NCBI GenBank assembly: GCA_964557265.1
Contig: CAZKZT010000002.1
Span: 1 to 41,192, forward strand
Source: an uncultured Hyphomicrobium sp.
GTDB lineage: Bacteria; Pseudomonadota; Alphaproteobacteria; Rhizobiales; Hyphomicrobiaceae
Length of the DNA stretch: 41,192 nt
Direction of reading: 5' to 3'
Under the pieces are notes generated by a model. That model made no database searches. It saw nothing but the letters and a program-made list of their open reading frames with translations, and was not told where the DNA came from. This document shows positions 18,681-29,017 of this stretch, piece by piece (position 1 is the first letter of the stretch; the number at the start of each line of letters is the position of its first letter). Position numbers and translations under genes: made by a program.

Positions 18681-19697
18681 TTGGGCGTAGTGGTTTCAAT
18701 CGACGGCGCGCGCGATCCGGCGGCAAGCCTGAAGCCGCTGCTCGACCTCGTCGCCGACGAGATGGCGGGGGTCAACCGCATCATCCTCGACAAGGCGGTG
18801 TCGGATGTCGAACTCATTCCGACGCTGGCGCATCATCTGATCGACTCCGGCGGCAAGCGGCTCCGCCCGATGCTGACGATAGCGGCGGCGAAGCTGTCGA
18901 ACTACACCGGCGAGGGCCACGTGCGCCTCGCGGCCGCCGTCGAGTTCATGCACACCGCGACGCTCCTCCACGACGATGTCGTCGACGAGAGTGATGTGCG
19001 GCGCGGCAAGTCCACCGCGCGCCGCGTGTGGGGCAATGAGGCGAGCGTGCTGGTCGGCGACTTCCTGCTGGGCCAGGCATTCCGCATGATGGTCGATGTC
19101 GGCTCGCTGTCGGCGCTGCGTATTCTCTCCAATGCCGCTGCCGTGATCGCGGAAGGCGAGGTGATGCAGCTCGCGGCCGCTAAGAATATGGGCACGACGG
19201 AGGACGAGTATCTCGCCATCATCAATGCCAAGACGGCGGCGCTGTTCTCGGCTGCGGCTGAGGTCGGCCCCGCGATTGCCAATCGTCCGGCGAGCGAGCA
19301 GGCGGCGCTCAAGTCCTACGGCCGCAATCTCGGCATTGCGTTCCAGCTCGTTGATGACGCGCTCGACTATGCCGGCGACAGTGCGCGCCTCGGCAAATCA
19401 GTCGGTGACGACTTCCGCGAGGGCAAAATCACGCTGCCGGTCATCCTGTGCTACCGGCGCGGCAACGAGGAAGAGCGCGCGTTCTGGCAGCGGACACTGT
19501 CCGCGGGCGAGATCCGCGATGGCGATCTCGAGCACGCACTTTCATTGATGCGCCGCCACAAGGCGATCGAGGCGACGTTCGAGCGGGCGCGTCACTACGG
19601 TGCGATCGCGAACGATGCGCTCGCGATCTTCCCTGAGAGCGTGCCGCGCGCGGCGCTCCGGGACGCCGTCGCATTCAGCATCGCAAGGGCTAACTGA
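18681..19697 (+). CDS. ispB: Polyprenyl diphosphate synthase
   Basis: SGGKRLRP, LLHDDVVDES..RRG, KTA, FQLVDD, DDFREGKITLP. TTG start at 18681 is 8 nt after GAGGA (track gives 18675). Confidence 0.9.
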   Translation: MGVVVSIDGARDPAASLKPLLDLVADEMAGVNRIILDKAVSDVELIPTLAHHLIDSGGKRLRPMLTIAAAKLSNYTGEGHVRLAAAVEFMHTATLLHDDVVDESDVRRGKSTARRVWGNEASVLVGDFLLGQAFRMMVDVGSLSALRILSNAAAVIAEGEVMQLAAAKNMGTTEDEYLAIINAKTAALFSAAAEVGPAIANRPASEQAALKSYGRNLGIAFQLVDDALDYAGDSARLGKSVGDDFREGKITLPVILCYRRGNEEERAFWQRTLSAGEIRDGDLEHALSLMRRHKAIEATFERARHYGAIANDALAIFPESVPRAALRDAVAFSIARAN

Positions 19698-19698
19698 G

Positions 19699-20562
19699 CT
19701 ACTCTCCCGCGGCGCGGGTTTCTGCCGGAACCGATGCCGCGTTCGCGCGGGACAGGATCTCGTCCACGAGGCCGCGGACCGCGACGCCGACGTCTCCGGG
19801 ATACTTGGCCAGGTAGGAGCGTTCGTTGGCCTGGAATTGACCGGCCTGCTGCATCGCGTGGACACGCGGCAGGGCGTGCGTGAAGCAGCGGTTGTTGGCA
19901 TCCGCGGCGAGCCAGCGATGATATTCCTCGTCCAGCGGCGCGGCGCGCTCCTTCATGTTGACCACGACGCCGAGATTGTCGGCGAAACCCATCTCGGGGT
20001 TCATCTCGCGAAAACGGCGGAACACGTCCAGCCCGCAGACTGACACGTAATCCGGCTTGGTCGGCGAGATGTGGAAGTCGGCTTCCCGCAGCCAGCATTC
20101 GGTGAGCACCGACAGCCCGGGTGGGCAGTCGATGAGCACGATGTCGAACACGATCCGGGCCCGGCTCAGCAGACCGCCGATCGCAGTGCGCAGGCGGCCG
20201 TGCTGGCTCTCCTTGGAGACCTCGCGCTCGAGCAGCGTCAGCTGCATGTCGCTCGGCATGAGGTAGACCGAGCGGGCATCGTCGATGTCGGAGACCCCGC
20301 CGACGACGAACTCGGTCCACTCGACCGGCGTGCCCTTCAAAACCTGAGCAACGAGGTAATCGACAATCGTGCGGCCTTCGTCCTGCAACTTGCGCAGGCT
20401 CTCGGTCGCCATCACCATCGTGCTGATGCTCGCCTGCGCATCGGAATCGATGATCAGCACGTTCTTGCCATGATAAACCGAGAGCGTCTCGGCAACAGCA
20501 AGGACGATGGTCGATTTTCCGACACCGCCCTTGGTGTTCATGATGGCAAAAGTATTACGCAT
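19699..20562 (-). CDS. ParA/Soj-like ATPase (orphan)
   Basis: Deviant Walker A KGGVGKS, VLIIDSDAQAS, VLIDCPP. No parB adjacent. Confidence 0.88.
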   Translation of the reverse strand: MRNTFAIMNTKGGVGKSTIVLAVAETLSVYHGKNVLIIDSDAQASISTMVMATESLRKLQDEGRTIVDYLVAQVLKGTPVEWTEFVVGGVSDIDDARSVYLMPSDMQLTLLEREVSKESQHGRLRTAIGGLLSRARIVFDIVLIDCPPGLSVLTECWLREADFHISPTKPDYVSVCGLDVFRRFREMNPEMGFADNLGVVVNMKERAAPLDEEYHRWLAADANNRCFTHALPRVHAMQQAGQFQANERSYLAKYPGDVGVAVRGLVDEILSRANAASVPAETRAAGE

Positions 20563-20673
20563 CGACGCGCGCGATCCCGTCCGTCCACGGCTCTGGCTGA
20601 TTGGGCGCAGTATCGAGCGACAGTGTGGCGAACTCAAGGGCCACGCGACCGATATTGGCGGCCGAATAGGCGC

Positions 20674-21489
20674 TTAGCGGCCTTTGAACGCAGGTTTTCG
20701 CTTCTCCATGAACGCGCGGCGCCCTTCGGTGTAGTCTTCCGACGCGAAGCAGGCGGCGACCATGCGGTCGAGCTTGGCGAGGTCGCGGTCGGCGGAAGGG
20801 CGGCCCAGCTCGCGCGCCACGGCCTTGATGGTGGCGATGGTGAGCGGTGCGTTTTCCGCGATCTGTCCGGTCATCGTGTTGACGGCCGCGTCGAGGCCAT
20901 CCTCAGCCACCATTCGGTTGACGAAGCCGAAGGCCTGGGCCTCGGGTGCGGTGAACTGCCGCGCGGTGAAGTAGAGTTCCATCGCTTTCGCAAGGCCGAT
21001 GATCTCGGCGAGGCGCCGCACGCCTTCGTAGCCGTAGCCGAGGCCGAGCCGGGCCGCCGGTATGCCGAACTTCGACCCCGCCGTCGCGATCCGCACATCA
21101 CAGCAGCTCGCGACGTTCATGCCGCCGCCGATGCAGTAGCCCTGGATCTTCGCGATCGTCGGCTTGGGGAAATTGTAGAGGGCGACGTACGCCTTTCCGC
21201 TGACGGCGTTGTAGTGCGCGACGCCTTCCGGTGTTGAGCGGTCCTTCTCGAACTTCGAAATGTCGGCGCCCGACACGAACGACTTTCCACCCGCGCCGCT
21301 GACGACCAGCGCGCGGATGTCGGGATCGGCCGCGAACCCGCCGAGCAGCGCGGTCATCCGCTCCCACATCTCGAGCGATACGGCGTTGTGGCGCGCGGGG
21401 TTGTTGAAGATGATCTCTGCGATGGGCCCTTTCTTCAGGCCCAGCATTTTCTCTTCGGCCGGTGCGTCGGCGGCGGCTTGACTGCTCAT
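20674..21489 (-). CDS. Enoyl-CoA hydratase/isomerase
   Basis: NNPARHNA, FVSGADI, KPTIAKIQGYCIGGG, SEDYTEGRRAFMEKRKP. Confidence 0.93.
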   Translation of the reverse strand: MSSQAAADAPAEEKMLGLKKGPIAEIIFNNPARHNAVSLEMWERMTALLGGFAADPDIRALVVSGAGGKSFVSGADISKFEKDRSTPEGVAHYNAVSGKAYVALYNFPKPTIAKIQGYCIGGGMNVASCCDVRIATAGSKFGIPAARLGLGYGYEGVRRLAEIIGLAKAMELYFTARQFTAPEAQAFGFVNRMVAEDGLDAAVNTMTGQIAENAPLTIATIKAVARELGRPSADRDLAKLDRMVAACFASEDYTEGRRAFMEKRKPAFKGR

Positions 21490-21531
21490 CAGCGTGATCC
21501 TTGTCGTTTGTCGGTCAGCAAGCGGCGTGCG

Positions 21532-22716
21532 TCAGATGACGCCGTCCTTGGCGAGCTTCTTCACGTCCTCGGCGCCGTAGCCGATCTCGGCCAGGATCTC
21601 GCCGGTCTGCTGCCCGAGTGTCGGCGGCGGGCGTTTGATCGACGCTTTCGAGCGCGACATCAGGATCGGCTGGCCGACGACCTCGGTCTTGCCGCGCTCC
21701 TGGCTCTGCATCGGCTGCGCGAGGCCGAGATGGCGGACCTGCTCGAGGTCGAACACCTGCTTGATATTGTTGATCTCGCCAGCGGGCGCGCCGGCGGCAT
21801 TGAAGATCTCGATCCACTCGGCGGCGGTTTTCTTGACCGTGTGGCTCTCGATCAGCGCGTTGAGTGCCTTGCGGTTCTTCGAGCGCGCCTTGGCGTCGGC
21901 GTAATCGGGGCTGTTGAACGCCGCATCATCGAACAGCGCGATGAATTTCTCCCACATCTTCTGGCCGGCGACGGCGATGTTGATGTGGCCATCCGAGGTC
22001 TTGAAGACGCCGGTCGGGATCGAAGTCGGGTGATCGTTGCCGGCTTGCGGGGCGACGTCCTGGTCCATCAGCCAGCGTGAGGCCTGGAAGTCGAGCATGA
22101 ACACCTGCGCCTGCAGCAGCGACGTCTGCACCCACTGGCCCTTGCCGGAGCGCTCGCGCTCGATGATCGCGAGCAGGATGCCCTGCGCGCAGAAGATGCC
22201 GGCGGTGAGATCCGCAATCGGGATGCCGACACGCATCGGTCCCTTGCCCGGCTCGCCGGTGATCGACATCAGGCCGCCCATGCCCTGCGCGATCTGGTCG
22301 AAGCCAGGCCGATTGGCGAGCGGGCCGTCCTGGCCGAAGCCCGAAATAGAACCGTAGATGATCCGGGGGTTGAGTGCCGAGATGGTCTCGTAGTCGATGC
22401 CGAGCCGCTTCTTCACGTCGGGGCGGTAGTTTTCGACGATGATGTCGGCCTTCTTGGCGAGTGCGTGGAAGATCGCGACGCCTTCCTTGGTCTTGAGATT
22501 GAGCGTCATGGACCGCTTGTTGCGGTGGAGGTTCTGGAAGTCGGAACCTGAGCGCGCGCCGCCGAGCCCGACCTTGTCGGATTCGGGATCCTCGATCTTG
22601 ATCACGTTCGCGCCCCAGTCGGCGAGCTGGCGCACGCAGGTCGGACCCGAGCGGACGCGGGTCAGGTCGAGAACGGTATAGTTGGACAGCACGTCGCTGG
22701 CAGGCTCGAAGGGCAT
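21532..22716 (-). CDS. CaiB/BaiF family III CoA-transferase
   Basis: VLDLTRVRSGP, LADWGANVIKIE, NKRS, ENYRP, GFDQIAQGMGG. Confidence 0.94.
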   Translation of the reverse strand: MPFEPASDVLSNYTVLDLTRVRSGPTCVRQLADWGANVIKIEDPESDKVGLGGARSGSDFQNLHRNKRSMTLNLKTKEGVAIFHALAKKADIIVENYRPDVKKRLGIDYETISALNPRIIYGSISGFGQDGPLANRPGFDQIAQGMGGLMSITGEPGKGPMRVGIPIADLTAGIFCAQGILLAIIERERSGKGQWVQTSLLQAQVFMLDFQASRWLMDQDVAPQAGNDHPTSIPTGVFKTSDGHINIAVAGQKMWEKFIALFDDAAFNSPDYADAKARSKNRKALNALIESHTVKKTAAEWIEIFNAAGAPAGEINNIKQVFDLEQVRHLGLAQPMQSQERGKTEVVGQPILMSRSKASIKRPPPTLGQQTGEILAEIGYGAEDVKKLAKDGVI

Positions 22717-22751
22717 TGGGGCTTCCTGTTCTTTCAGTTTCTTCTGCGGAT

Positions 22752-23822
22752 CTATGATGCTTTGCGCAGTCCGGCCTGGAGGTCTTCGACCACCGAGGCC
22801 AGCACGTCGCCGGCGCGCGTGATGTCGTCACGCGAGACATCGAGATGAGTGACGGCGCGGATCATGTTGCCGTAGGTCATGCCCATGCGGACGCCGCGCG
22901 CGAGCAATGTCTCGAAGATCTGCCGCGAGGAAATGCCGGGCAGCGTCGATTCAAAGAACACCATGTTGCTCTCGATCCGCGGCGCGAAGAGCTTGAGGCC
23001 GGGGATGGCGGCAATCGCTTCGCCGAGCGCGACAGCGTTGGCATGATCCTCGGCGAGCTTCTGGATGTTGTGGTCGAGCGCGTAGAGTCCCGCCGCGGCG
23101 AGGATGCCCGACTGGCGCAGCGCGCCGCCGAGGCGGTGCTTCCAGCGCCACGCCTCGTCGATGAAGGCGCGCGAGCCGACGAGCACGCCGCCGACCGGGC
23201 AGCCGAGACCTTTCGACAGATCGGTCCACAGGGTATCGACGGGGCCCGTCATGTCCTTCACCGGGATGCCGGAGGAGACCGCGGCGTTCATCAGCCGCGC
23301 GCCGTCCATATGGAGGACGAGGCCGTGCTTCTTCGTCGCCTCGGCGACATCGGCGATCTCATCGATCGACCAGATGGCGCCGCCGCCGCGATTGACCGTC
23401 TGCTCGATGACGACAACGCGCGAAATCGGATTGTGACGCCCGGGCGCGCGCACCGCCTCGGTGATATCGGCACCGGTGAAGATGCCGCGATCGCAGCGGA
23501 TCGGCCATGTCTGCGCGCCGGCGAGCGCCGAAGCGCCGCCCGCTTCCGACGTGAACAAATGTGTCACCTCGGCGCCGATGATCTCGTCACCCTGGCGGCA
23601 ATGCACCAGCATCGCGATCTGATTGCACATGGTGCCGGAGGGGAGGAACAGCGCCGCCTCCTTGCCGAGCAGGTCCGCGACCCGCTCCTGCAGCAGGTTG
23701 GTCGAGGGGTCCTCGCCGCGTTGCTCGTCGCCGACTTCGGCCTCGGCCATCGCCTTGCGCATCCCGGCATCGGGACGGGTCTGGGTGTCGCTGTAGAGGT
23801 CGATAATGCGGTTCGTCGACAA
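22752..23822 (-). CDS. Low-specificity L-threonine aldolase family (PLP)
   Basis: [44 protein letters not shown] start at 23822 after GGAGG. Confidence 0.9.
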   Translation of the reverse strand: MSTNRIIDLYSDTQTRPDAGMRKAMAEAEVGDEQRGEDPSTNLLQERVADLLGKEAALFLPSGTMCNQIAMLVHCRQGDEIIGAEVTHLFTSEAGGASALAGAQTWPIRCDRGIFTGADITEAVRAPGRHNPISRVVVIEQTVNRGGGAIWSIDEIADVAEATKKHGLVLHMDGARLMNAAVSSGIPVKDMTGPVDTLWTDLSKGLGCPVGGVLVGSRAFIDEAWRWKHRLGGALRQSGILAAAGLYALDHNIQKLAEDHANAVALGEAIAAIPGLKLFAPRIESNMVFFESTLPGISSRQIFETLLARGVRMGMTYGNMIRAVTHLDVSRDDITRAGDVLASVVEDLQAGLRKAS

Positions 23823-23957
23823 GACTGGCCTCCTCTCGCGGATTTCAGGGGCGCACAGTATCAAGTCACTGCCCGCTTGGCCATTGCAGGCCCCGGGCGG
23901 TCCCTGCCCGGAAAACGCACGGGCCCAACCAGGGGCGGCGGACCGGCGCGAGGGAGG

Positions 23958-25235
23958 CTACGGTGCCACAATGGGCGTCGCGGGCCGCACCCGCACGGCC
24001 GTCACCTTGTTACGGGCTTTGCGGACGATTTCGAAACGGAACCCGTAGAACGTGAACACCTGCCCGGCCTCCGGGATCGTCTGCGCCTCGTGCATGACGA
24101 GGCCGGCGACGGTGGTCGCGGCGTCATCCGGCAGCGTCCATCCGGCGGCCCGGTTCAGATCGCGGATCGGCAGCGTGCCCTCGACCAGCACCGAACCGTC
24201 GGGCTGCGGGCGGATCGGACGCTCGCCGACGTCGTGCTCGTCGCCGATTTGCCCGACGATCTCCTCGAGAATGTCCTCGAGCGTGACGAGGCCGCGTACC
24301 TCGCCGTATTCGTCGACCACGAGTGCGAGCTGCGACTTGCGCTTGAGAAACTGGTCGAGCTGCTCCTTGACCGCGGTCGTGTCGGGGACGAACCACGGTT
24401 CGCTCATAAGCTTTGCAATATCGATCGTATCGGGGTCCCAGTCGGCGACGCGCAGCGCGGCCAGCAGATCCTTGCCGTTCAGGATGCCGACGATGTTGTC
24501 CGGCTGGTCGCGCCATAGCGGGATGCGCGAATACTGGCTCGCGAGTACGTCGTCGATGATCTTGCGCGGTGGCTCGGCAATGTCGATCGTCGCCATCTTG
24601 GTGCGGTGGACCATGATGTCCAACACCTGCAGCTCGCTCAAATCGAGGACGCCGCCGAGCATATCGGCGTCGTGCCGCTCGACCGTACCTTCGCGCGTCT
24701 GGAGTTCGATGGTGCCGCGGATTTCCTTGTGGGCGAGAATATTGGCGTCGTCGTCGATCCGGCTGGGCGTCAGCCGCAGCAATTGCCGGACGATGAACGC
24801 AACCATCGCGGTGATGGGCGTGAGCAGCTTGATTGCAAACCGCATCGGCATCCCGACCGCCAGGGCGACGGACTCAGCGTGCGCGATGGCATAGGTTTTC
24901 GGCAGCACCTCGCCGAAGATGACCACCAGCACCGCGACCAGGATCGCCGCGTAGGCAATGCCGATCTCGCCGAACAGATTGATCAGCAGGCTCGTCACGA
25001 GTGCGGCTGCCAGCACGTTGACGAGATTGCTGCCGAGAAGCGTGGCGCCGATCACCCGTTCCGGCTGCTCCATCAGCTGGTTGACGATCATCGCGCGCGC
25101 ATTGCCGTCATTGGCCAATGTCTGAAGACGCGCGCGCGATGCGGTGGTGAGGGCCGTTTCCGAGCATGTGAAGAAGGCCGAGGCGGCAAGCAGGAACAGG
25201 ACCGCCACGATCGTCAGAATGATTTCGAGAGGCAT
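23958..25235 (-). CDS. HlyC/CorC (CNNM-CBS-CorC) transporter
   Basis: SAFFTCSETAL, FGEVLPK, YSRIP, VVDEYG..GLVTLEDILEEIVG, C-terminal CorC domain. Start ATG 25235 inferred. Confidence 0.92.
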   Translation of the reverse strand: MPLEIILTIVAVLFLLAASAFFTCSETALTTASRARLQTLANDGNARAMIVNQLMEQPERVIGATLLGSNLVNVLAAALVTSLLINLFGEIGIAYAAILVAVLVVIFGEVLPKTYAIAHAESVALAVGMPMRFAIKLLTPITAMVAFIVRQLLRLTPSRIDDDANILAHKEIRGTIELQTREGTVERHDADMLGGVLDLSELQVLDIMVHRTKMATIDIAEPPRKIIDDVLASQYSRIPLWRDQPDNIVGILNGKDLLAALRVADWDPDTIDIAKLMSEPWFVPDTTAVKEQLDQFLKRKSQLALVVDEYGEVRGLVTLEDILEEIVGQIGDEHDVGERPIRPQPDGSVLVEGTLPIRDLNRAAGWTLPDDAATTVAGLVMHEAQTIPEAGQVFTFYGFRFEIVRKARNKVTAVRVRPATPIVAP

Positions 25236-25359
25236 CGTTCGAGCGGGGCCGTCCCGCGGTGCAATTGGGTTGATGATGGTTGTGCGTTCCGCACATCTAT
25301 AGCATGTCGAAGGCTCAGCGGTGCTCTTGCCACCGGAAAGCTCAGGAAATGGAACGGGT

Positions 25360-26316
25360 ATGACGCTTCTCATCGCGGTTAAGGGGGCAGGGGAGAACTG
25401 GTCGGCGGAGCCGTGGCGGGAGCGCTTTGCGGCGCGGCTGACCTCGATGCCGGTCGCGCTCTGGCCGAAGGACGAGCCGGACCCGGCGCATGTGCGCTAC
25501 GTCGCGGTCTGGAAGCCGCCGCCAGGATTGCTCGGCACGTTCCCGAACCTCGAAGTGATCTTCAATCTCGGTGCCGGCGTCGATGCGCTGGTCGCGGATG
25601 CAACATTGCCGGACGTGCCGCTGGTCCGCGTCGCGAACAGCGACCTCACCAAGCGCATGACCGAGTACGTCGTCCTCCATGTGCTGATGTATCACCGCAA
25701 GCAGCGCTTCTTCGACGCCATGCAGCGCGAGAAGCGGTGGGAGACGCCGGACCAGCGCGCCGCGTCGGCCGTCCGCGTCGGGATCATGGGACTTGGTGAA
25801 CTCGGCCGCGACAGCGCGGAGGTGCTCGTGCGGCTCGGTTTCCAGGTGGCTGGATGGAGCCGCTCGAAGCGGGAGGTGCCGGGCGTCGAGAGCTTTGCCG
25901 GCCTGGATCAGCTCGGCGCGTTTCTCGCGCGCACGGACATTCTCGTCGTGCTCGTGCCGCTGACTGAGGAAACCAAAGGCATCCTCAATGCGTCTCTGTT
26001 CAAGCGCCTTGCGCGCGACGGTGTGCTCGGCGCGCCGTTCGTGATCAACGCAGGGCGGGGCGGTTTGCAGGTCGAGGACGACATCGTTGCGGCGCTGAAC
26101 GACGGAACGCTCGGCGGCGTGACCCTGGACGTCTTCAATACCGAGCCGCTGCCGTCCGACCACCCGCTGTGGAGCCACCCGAACGCCACGATCACACCGC
26201 ACAATGCCGCCGACAGCGATCCGGACGCGATTTCCGACTACGTGGTCGCCCAGATCAACGCGCGCGAACGCGGCGAGCCGCTACAGAACGTCGTGGATCG
26301 CACGCGCGGGTACTGA
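25360..26316 (+). CDS. ghrA: Glyoxylate/hydroxypyruvate reductase A-like 2-hydroxyacid dehydrogenase
   Basis: GAGVD, MTEYV, GIMGLGELG, INAGRG, LDVF..EPL, ITPH. Confidence 0.85.
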   Translation: MTLLIAVKGAGENWSAEPWRERFAARLTSMPVALWPKDEPDPAHVRYVAVWKPPPGLLGTFPNLEVIFNLGAGVDALVADATLPDVPLVRVANSDLTKRMTEYVVLHVLMYHRKQRFFDAMQREKRWETPDQRAASAVRVGIMGLGELGRDSAEVLVRLGFQVAGWSRSKREVPGVESFAGLDQLGAFLARTDILVVLVPLTEETKGILNASLFKRLARDGVLGAPFVINAGRGGLQVEDDIVAALNDGTLGGVTLDVFNTEPLPSDHPLWSHPNATITPHNAADSDPDAISDYVVAQINARERGEPLQNVVDRTRGY

Positions 26317-26336
26317 CACAACGCCAGGAGGCTCAC

Positions 26337-26963
26337 ATGAGCGACAAGATCATCCTGCATCACGCGGCACCGAGCCGTTCCTCGACGGTGCTGTTCATGC
26401 TGGAGGAAATCGGCGCGCCGTATGAGCTGAGGGTGCTGAACCTCCAGAAGGAGGAGCAGCACCGGCCTGAATATCTCGCGATCAATCCGATGGGGAAGGT
26501 GCCGGCGGTCGAGCACAAGGGCGTCGTCATCACTGAGGTGGGCGCCATCTGCACCTATCTCGCCGACGAATTTCCGGCGGCGAACCTCGCGCCGCCGATC
26601 GGTGATCCCCTTCGCGGCGCGTATTTGCGCTGGATGTTTTTCCAGGGCAACGCGCTCGAGCCCGCGATCGTCGACAAGGCGCTCAAGCGCGAACCGGGAC
26701 AGCGCGGGATGATGCCCTACGGCACGTACGAGATCGCGGTTTCGGCGCTCGAACGGGCCGTCGAAAAGGGTCCGTGGTTCCTCGGCGAGCGTTATTCGGC
26801 AGCCGATGTCTATGTCGGCTCGGCCATCTCGTGGGGCCTGCAGTTCGAATTGCTGCCGCCGTCGGATACGTTCAAACGCTATGCCGCCCGCCTCGCCGAA
26901 CGCCCCGCCCGCCAGCGCGCGCTGGCGATCGATGAGAAGTTGATGGCGCAGCAGAGCACCTGA
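26337..26963 (+). CDS. Glutathione S-transferase
   Basis: SD AGGAGG; PSRS..V.FMLEEIG, INPMGKVP, TEVGAICTYL, SAADVY. Confidence 0.93.
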   Translation: MSDKIILHHAAPSRSSTVLFMLEEIGAPYELRVLNLQKEEQHRPEYLAINPMGKVPAVEHKGVVITEVGAICTYLADEFPAANLAPPIGDPLRGAYLRWMFFQGNALEPAIVDKALKREPGQRGMMPYGTYEIAVSALERAVEKGPWFLGERYSAADVYVGSAISWGLQFELLPPSDTFKRYAARLAERPARQRALAIDEKLMAQQST

Positions 26964-27041
26964 CCGCAGCCTGCGTTTACATCCCGCCACGCCCCCCCTA
27001 TAACCCGCGGCCAACACTCATTTCGCCGATGGAGCCGCATC

Positions 27042-28170
27042 ATGCGCACCGAGCACGCCAGTCTCGTGGAAGAAATCAAAGAGTCGATGGCCCTGCTCCG
27101 GAGGTCTCTTTGACTGGGATACCGCGGAAATGCGCCTCGGCGATCTCAATCGCCAGGCCGAGGATCCCTCGCTGTGGAACGATAGCGCGCGCGCCCAGAA
27201 GGTGATGCGCCAGCGCCAGGCGCTGGACAGTGCGGTCAAGGGTTACAAGAAGATCGAGCAGGACCTCGACGACACCGTCACGCTGATCGAACTTGGTGAG
27301 GCCGAAGGCGACGACGCGACGGTCGAGGAAGGCGGCGCTTCGTTGAAGACGCTGCTCGCTCAGGTCAAGCGCCGCGAAGTCGAGGCGCTGCTTTCGGGCG
27401 AGGCCGACAGCTACGACACCTATCTCGAAGTCCATGCTGGCGCGGGCGGTACCGAGAGCCAGGATTGGGCGCAGATGCTGCTGCGCATGTACATGCGCTG
27501 GGGTGAGCAGCGCGGCTACAAGGTGTCACTGATCGACGAGAGCCCGGGCGAAGAAGCGGGCATCAAGTCGGCGACACTCGAGATCAAGGGCGAGAACGCT
27601 TACGGTTGGCTGAAGACGGAGTCGGGCGTGCATCGCCTCGTGCGCATCTCGCCGTTCGATTCCAACGCGCGCCGGCACACGTCGTTCTCCAGCGTCTGGG
27701 TGTATCCGATCGTCGATGACAACATCGAGATCGAGATCAAGCCCGACGACATCGATGTCAGCTTCACGCGATCGAGTGGCGCCGGCGGCCAGCACGTCAA
27801 CCGGACGGAATCCGCCGTTCGCATCGTGCACAAGCCGTCGGGGATCGTCATCTTCTCGCAGGAAGGCCGCTCGCAGCACAAGAACCGCGATGCCGGCATG
27901 AAGCGGCTCAAGGCGCGCCTCTACGAGCTCGAGCTACGCAAGCGCGAGGAGAAGGCGCAGGCGGAGCAGGCATCGAAGTCGGATATCGGCTGGGGCCACC
28001 AGATCCGCTCGTACGTGTTCCAGCCCTATCAGATGGTCAAGGACCTGCGCACGGGCGTGCAGACCAGCGACGTTCCGGCTGTGATGGACGGCGACGTTGA
28101 CCAGTTCATCGAGGCCGCGCTCGCGCAACGCGTCAAAGGCGGCTCGGTCGACGTGCAGGATATCGACTAA
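27042..28170 (+). CDS. prfB: Peptide chain release factor 2, join(27042..27110,27112..28170) via +1 programmed frameshift, 375 aa
   Basis: ORF1 MRTEHASLVEEIKESMALLRRSL ends CTT-TGA-C. The +1 frame continues DWDTAEMRL and contains the SPF peptide anticodon and GGQ. Confidence 0.96.
27100..27114 (+). other. RF2 +1 frameshift cassette
   Basis: Internal SD GGAGG (27100-27104), TCT, then CTT TGA C (27108-27114). Confidence 0.95.
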
Positions 28171-28178
28171 ACTCCGCG

Positions 28179-28208
28179 AGCTTCCTCCCCGGAATCCGGG
28201 GAGGAGCT
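28179..28208. terminator. Hairpin between convergent prfB and bactofilin
   Basis: AGCTTCCTCCCCGG-AAT-CCGGGGAGGAGCT. Confidence 0.6.
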
Positions 28209-28231
28209 TGGCATCCGTCGCCGCGCGGCGA

Positions 28232-28759
28232 TCAGCTCTGCTGGCGCAACGGGAAGCCCGGTCCGAGCGGCCCCGCGGCCGGCGGCGCCGAGGAGCCTGC
28301 CAGCGGATCATCGACGCGGCGCGACTTGCCCTCGAAGTAGGCGCCCTGTTCGATCCCGAGCTGCTGGTGGAAGACATCGCCTTCAACCCGGCTCGACGAC
28401 TGCAGCACCACGCGGCGCCCGCGGATCGATCCCGAGATCGCACCACGTACGATCACCTCGTCGGCGATGATGCCGCCGGTGATGCGCGCGCTCTCGCCGA
28501 CCGTCACTTGCGCGGCGTGGAGATCGCCCTGGATCTGGCCGTCGATCTGCACTTCGCCCTTCGAGACGAGGTTGCCGACGATCGTCAGATCGGCACCGAT
28601 GTGCGAGACACCGGGGCTTGGCTCGTGGCTTGGCTGTGGCGCGCTGTGCTGCTGCGCGTGGAGCGGCGGCGTGGGCAAATGATGCGGTGGCGGTGGCGGC
28701 GATGCGCTCCGGCCGAGATCGAACGCACTCGGCTCCTTGTCCGACTTCTTCGTGAACAT
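28232..28759 (-). CDS. Bactofilin (polymer-forming cytoskeletal protein)
   Basis: MFTKK N-terminus, Pro/His-rich linker, beta-helix repeats SHIGADLTIVGNL..IDGQIQGDL..VEGDV..IEQGAYFEG. Confidence 0.9.
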   Translation of the reverse strand: MFTKKSDKEPSAFDLGRSASPPPPPHHLPTPPLHAQQHSAPQPSHEPSPGVSHIGADLTIVGNLVSKGEVQIDGQIQGDLHAAQVTVGESARITGGIIADEVIVRGAISGSIRGRRVVLQSSSRVEGDVFHQQLGIEQGAYFEGKSRRVDDPLAGSSAPPAAGPLGPGFPLRQQS

Positions 28760-29017
28760 TCTAACGCAACTCCCTCAAACGGTAGAAAGCGACACGAGCC
28801 TCGCTTCGGGTGGTGCCGCATTGCGCACCCGACAGCTCTGTGCCCCCTGTATTGTCAGCGCCCACTCAACCAGATAGCACAGATCTCGGGGCCGGTCAGC
28901 AGGGATGCCAGGGGCCATTCTGCAGGTGTGCCGGCACTGATGCCAATCTGCCCACATGCGGTCACAAACGGACACCTTGATCGCCGGCGGCGGCGGTTCC
29001 GAGGGGCGTAATTCAGC

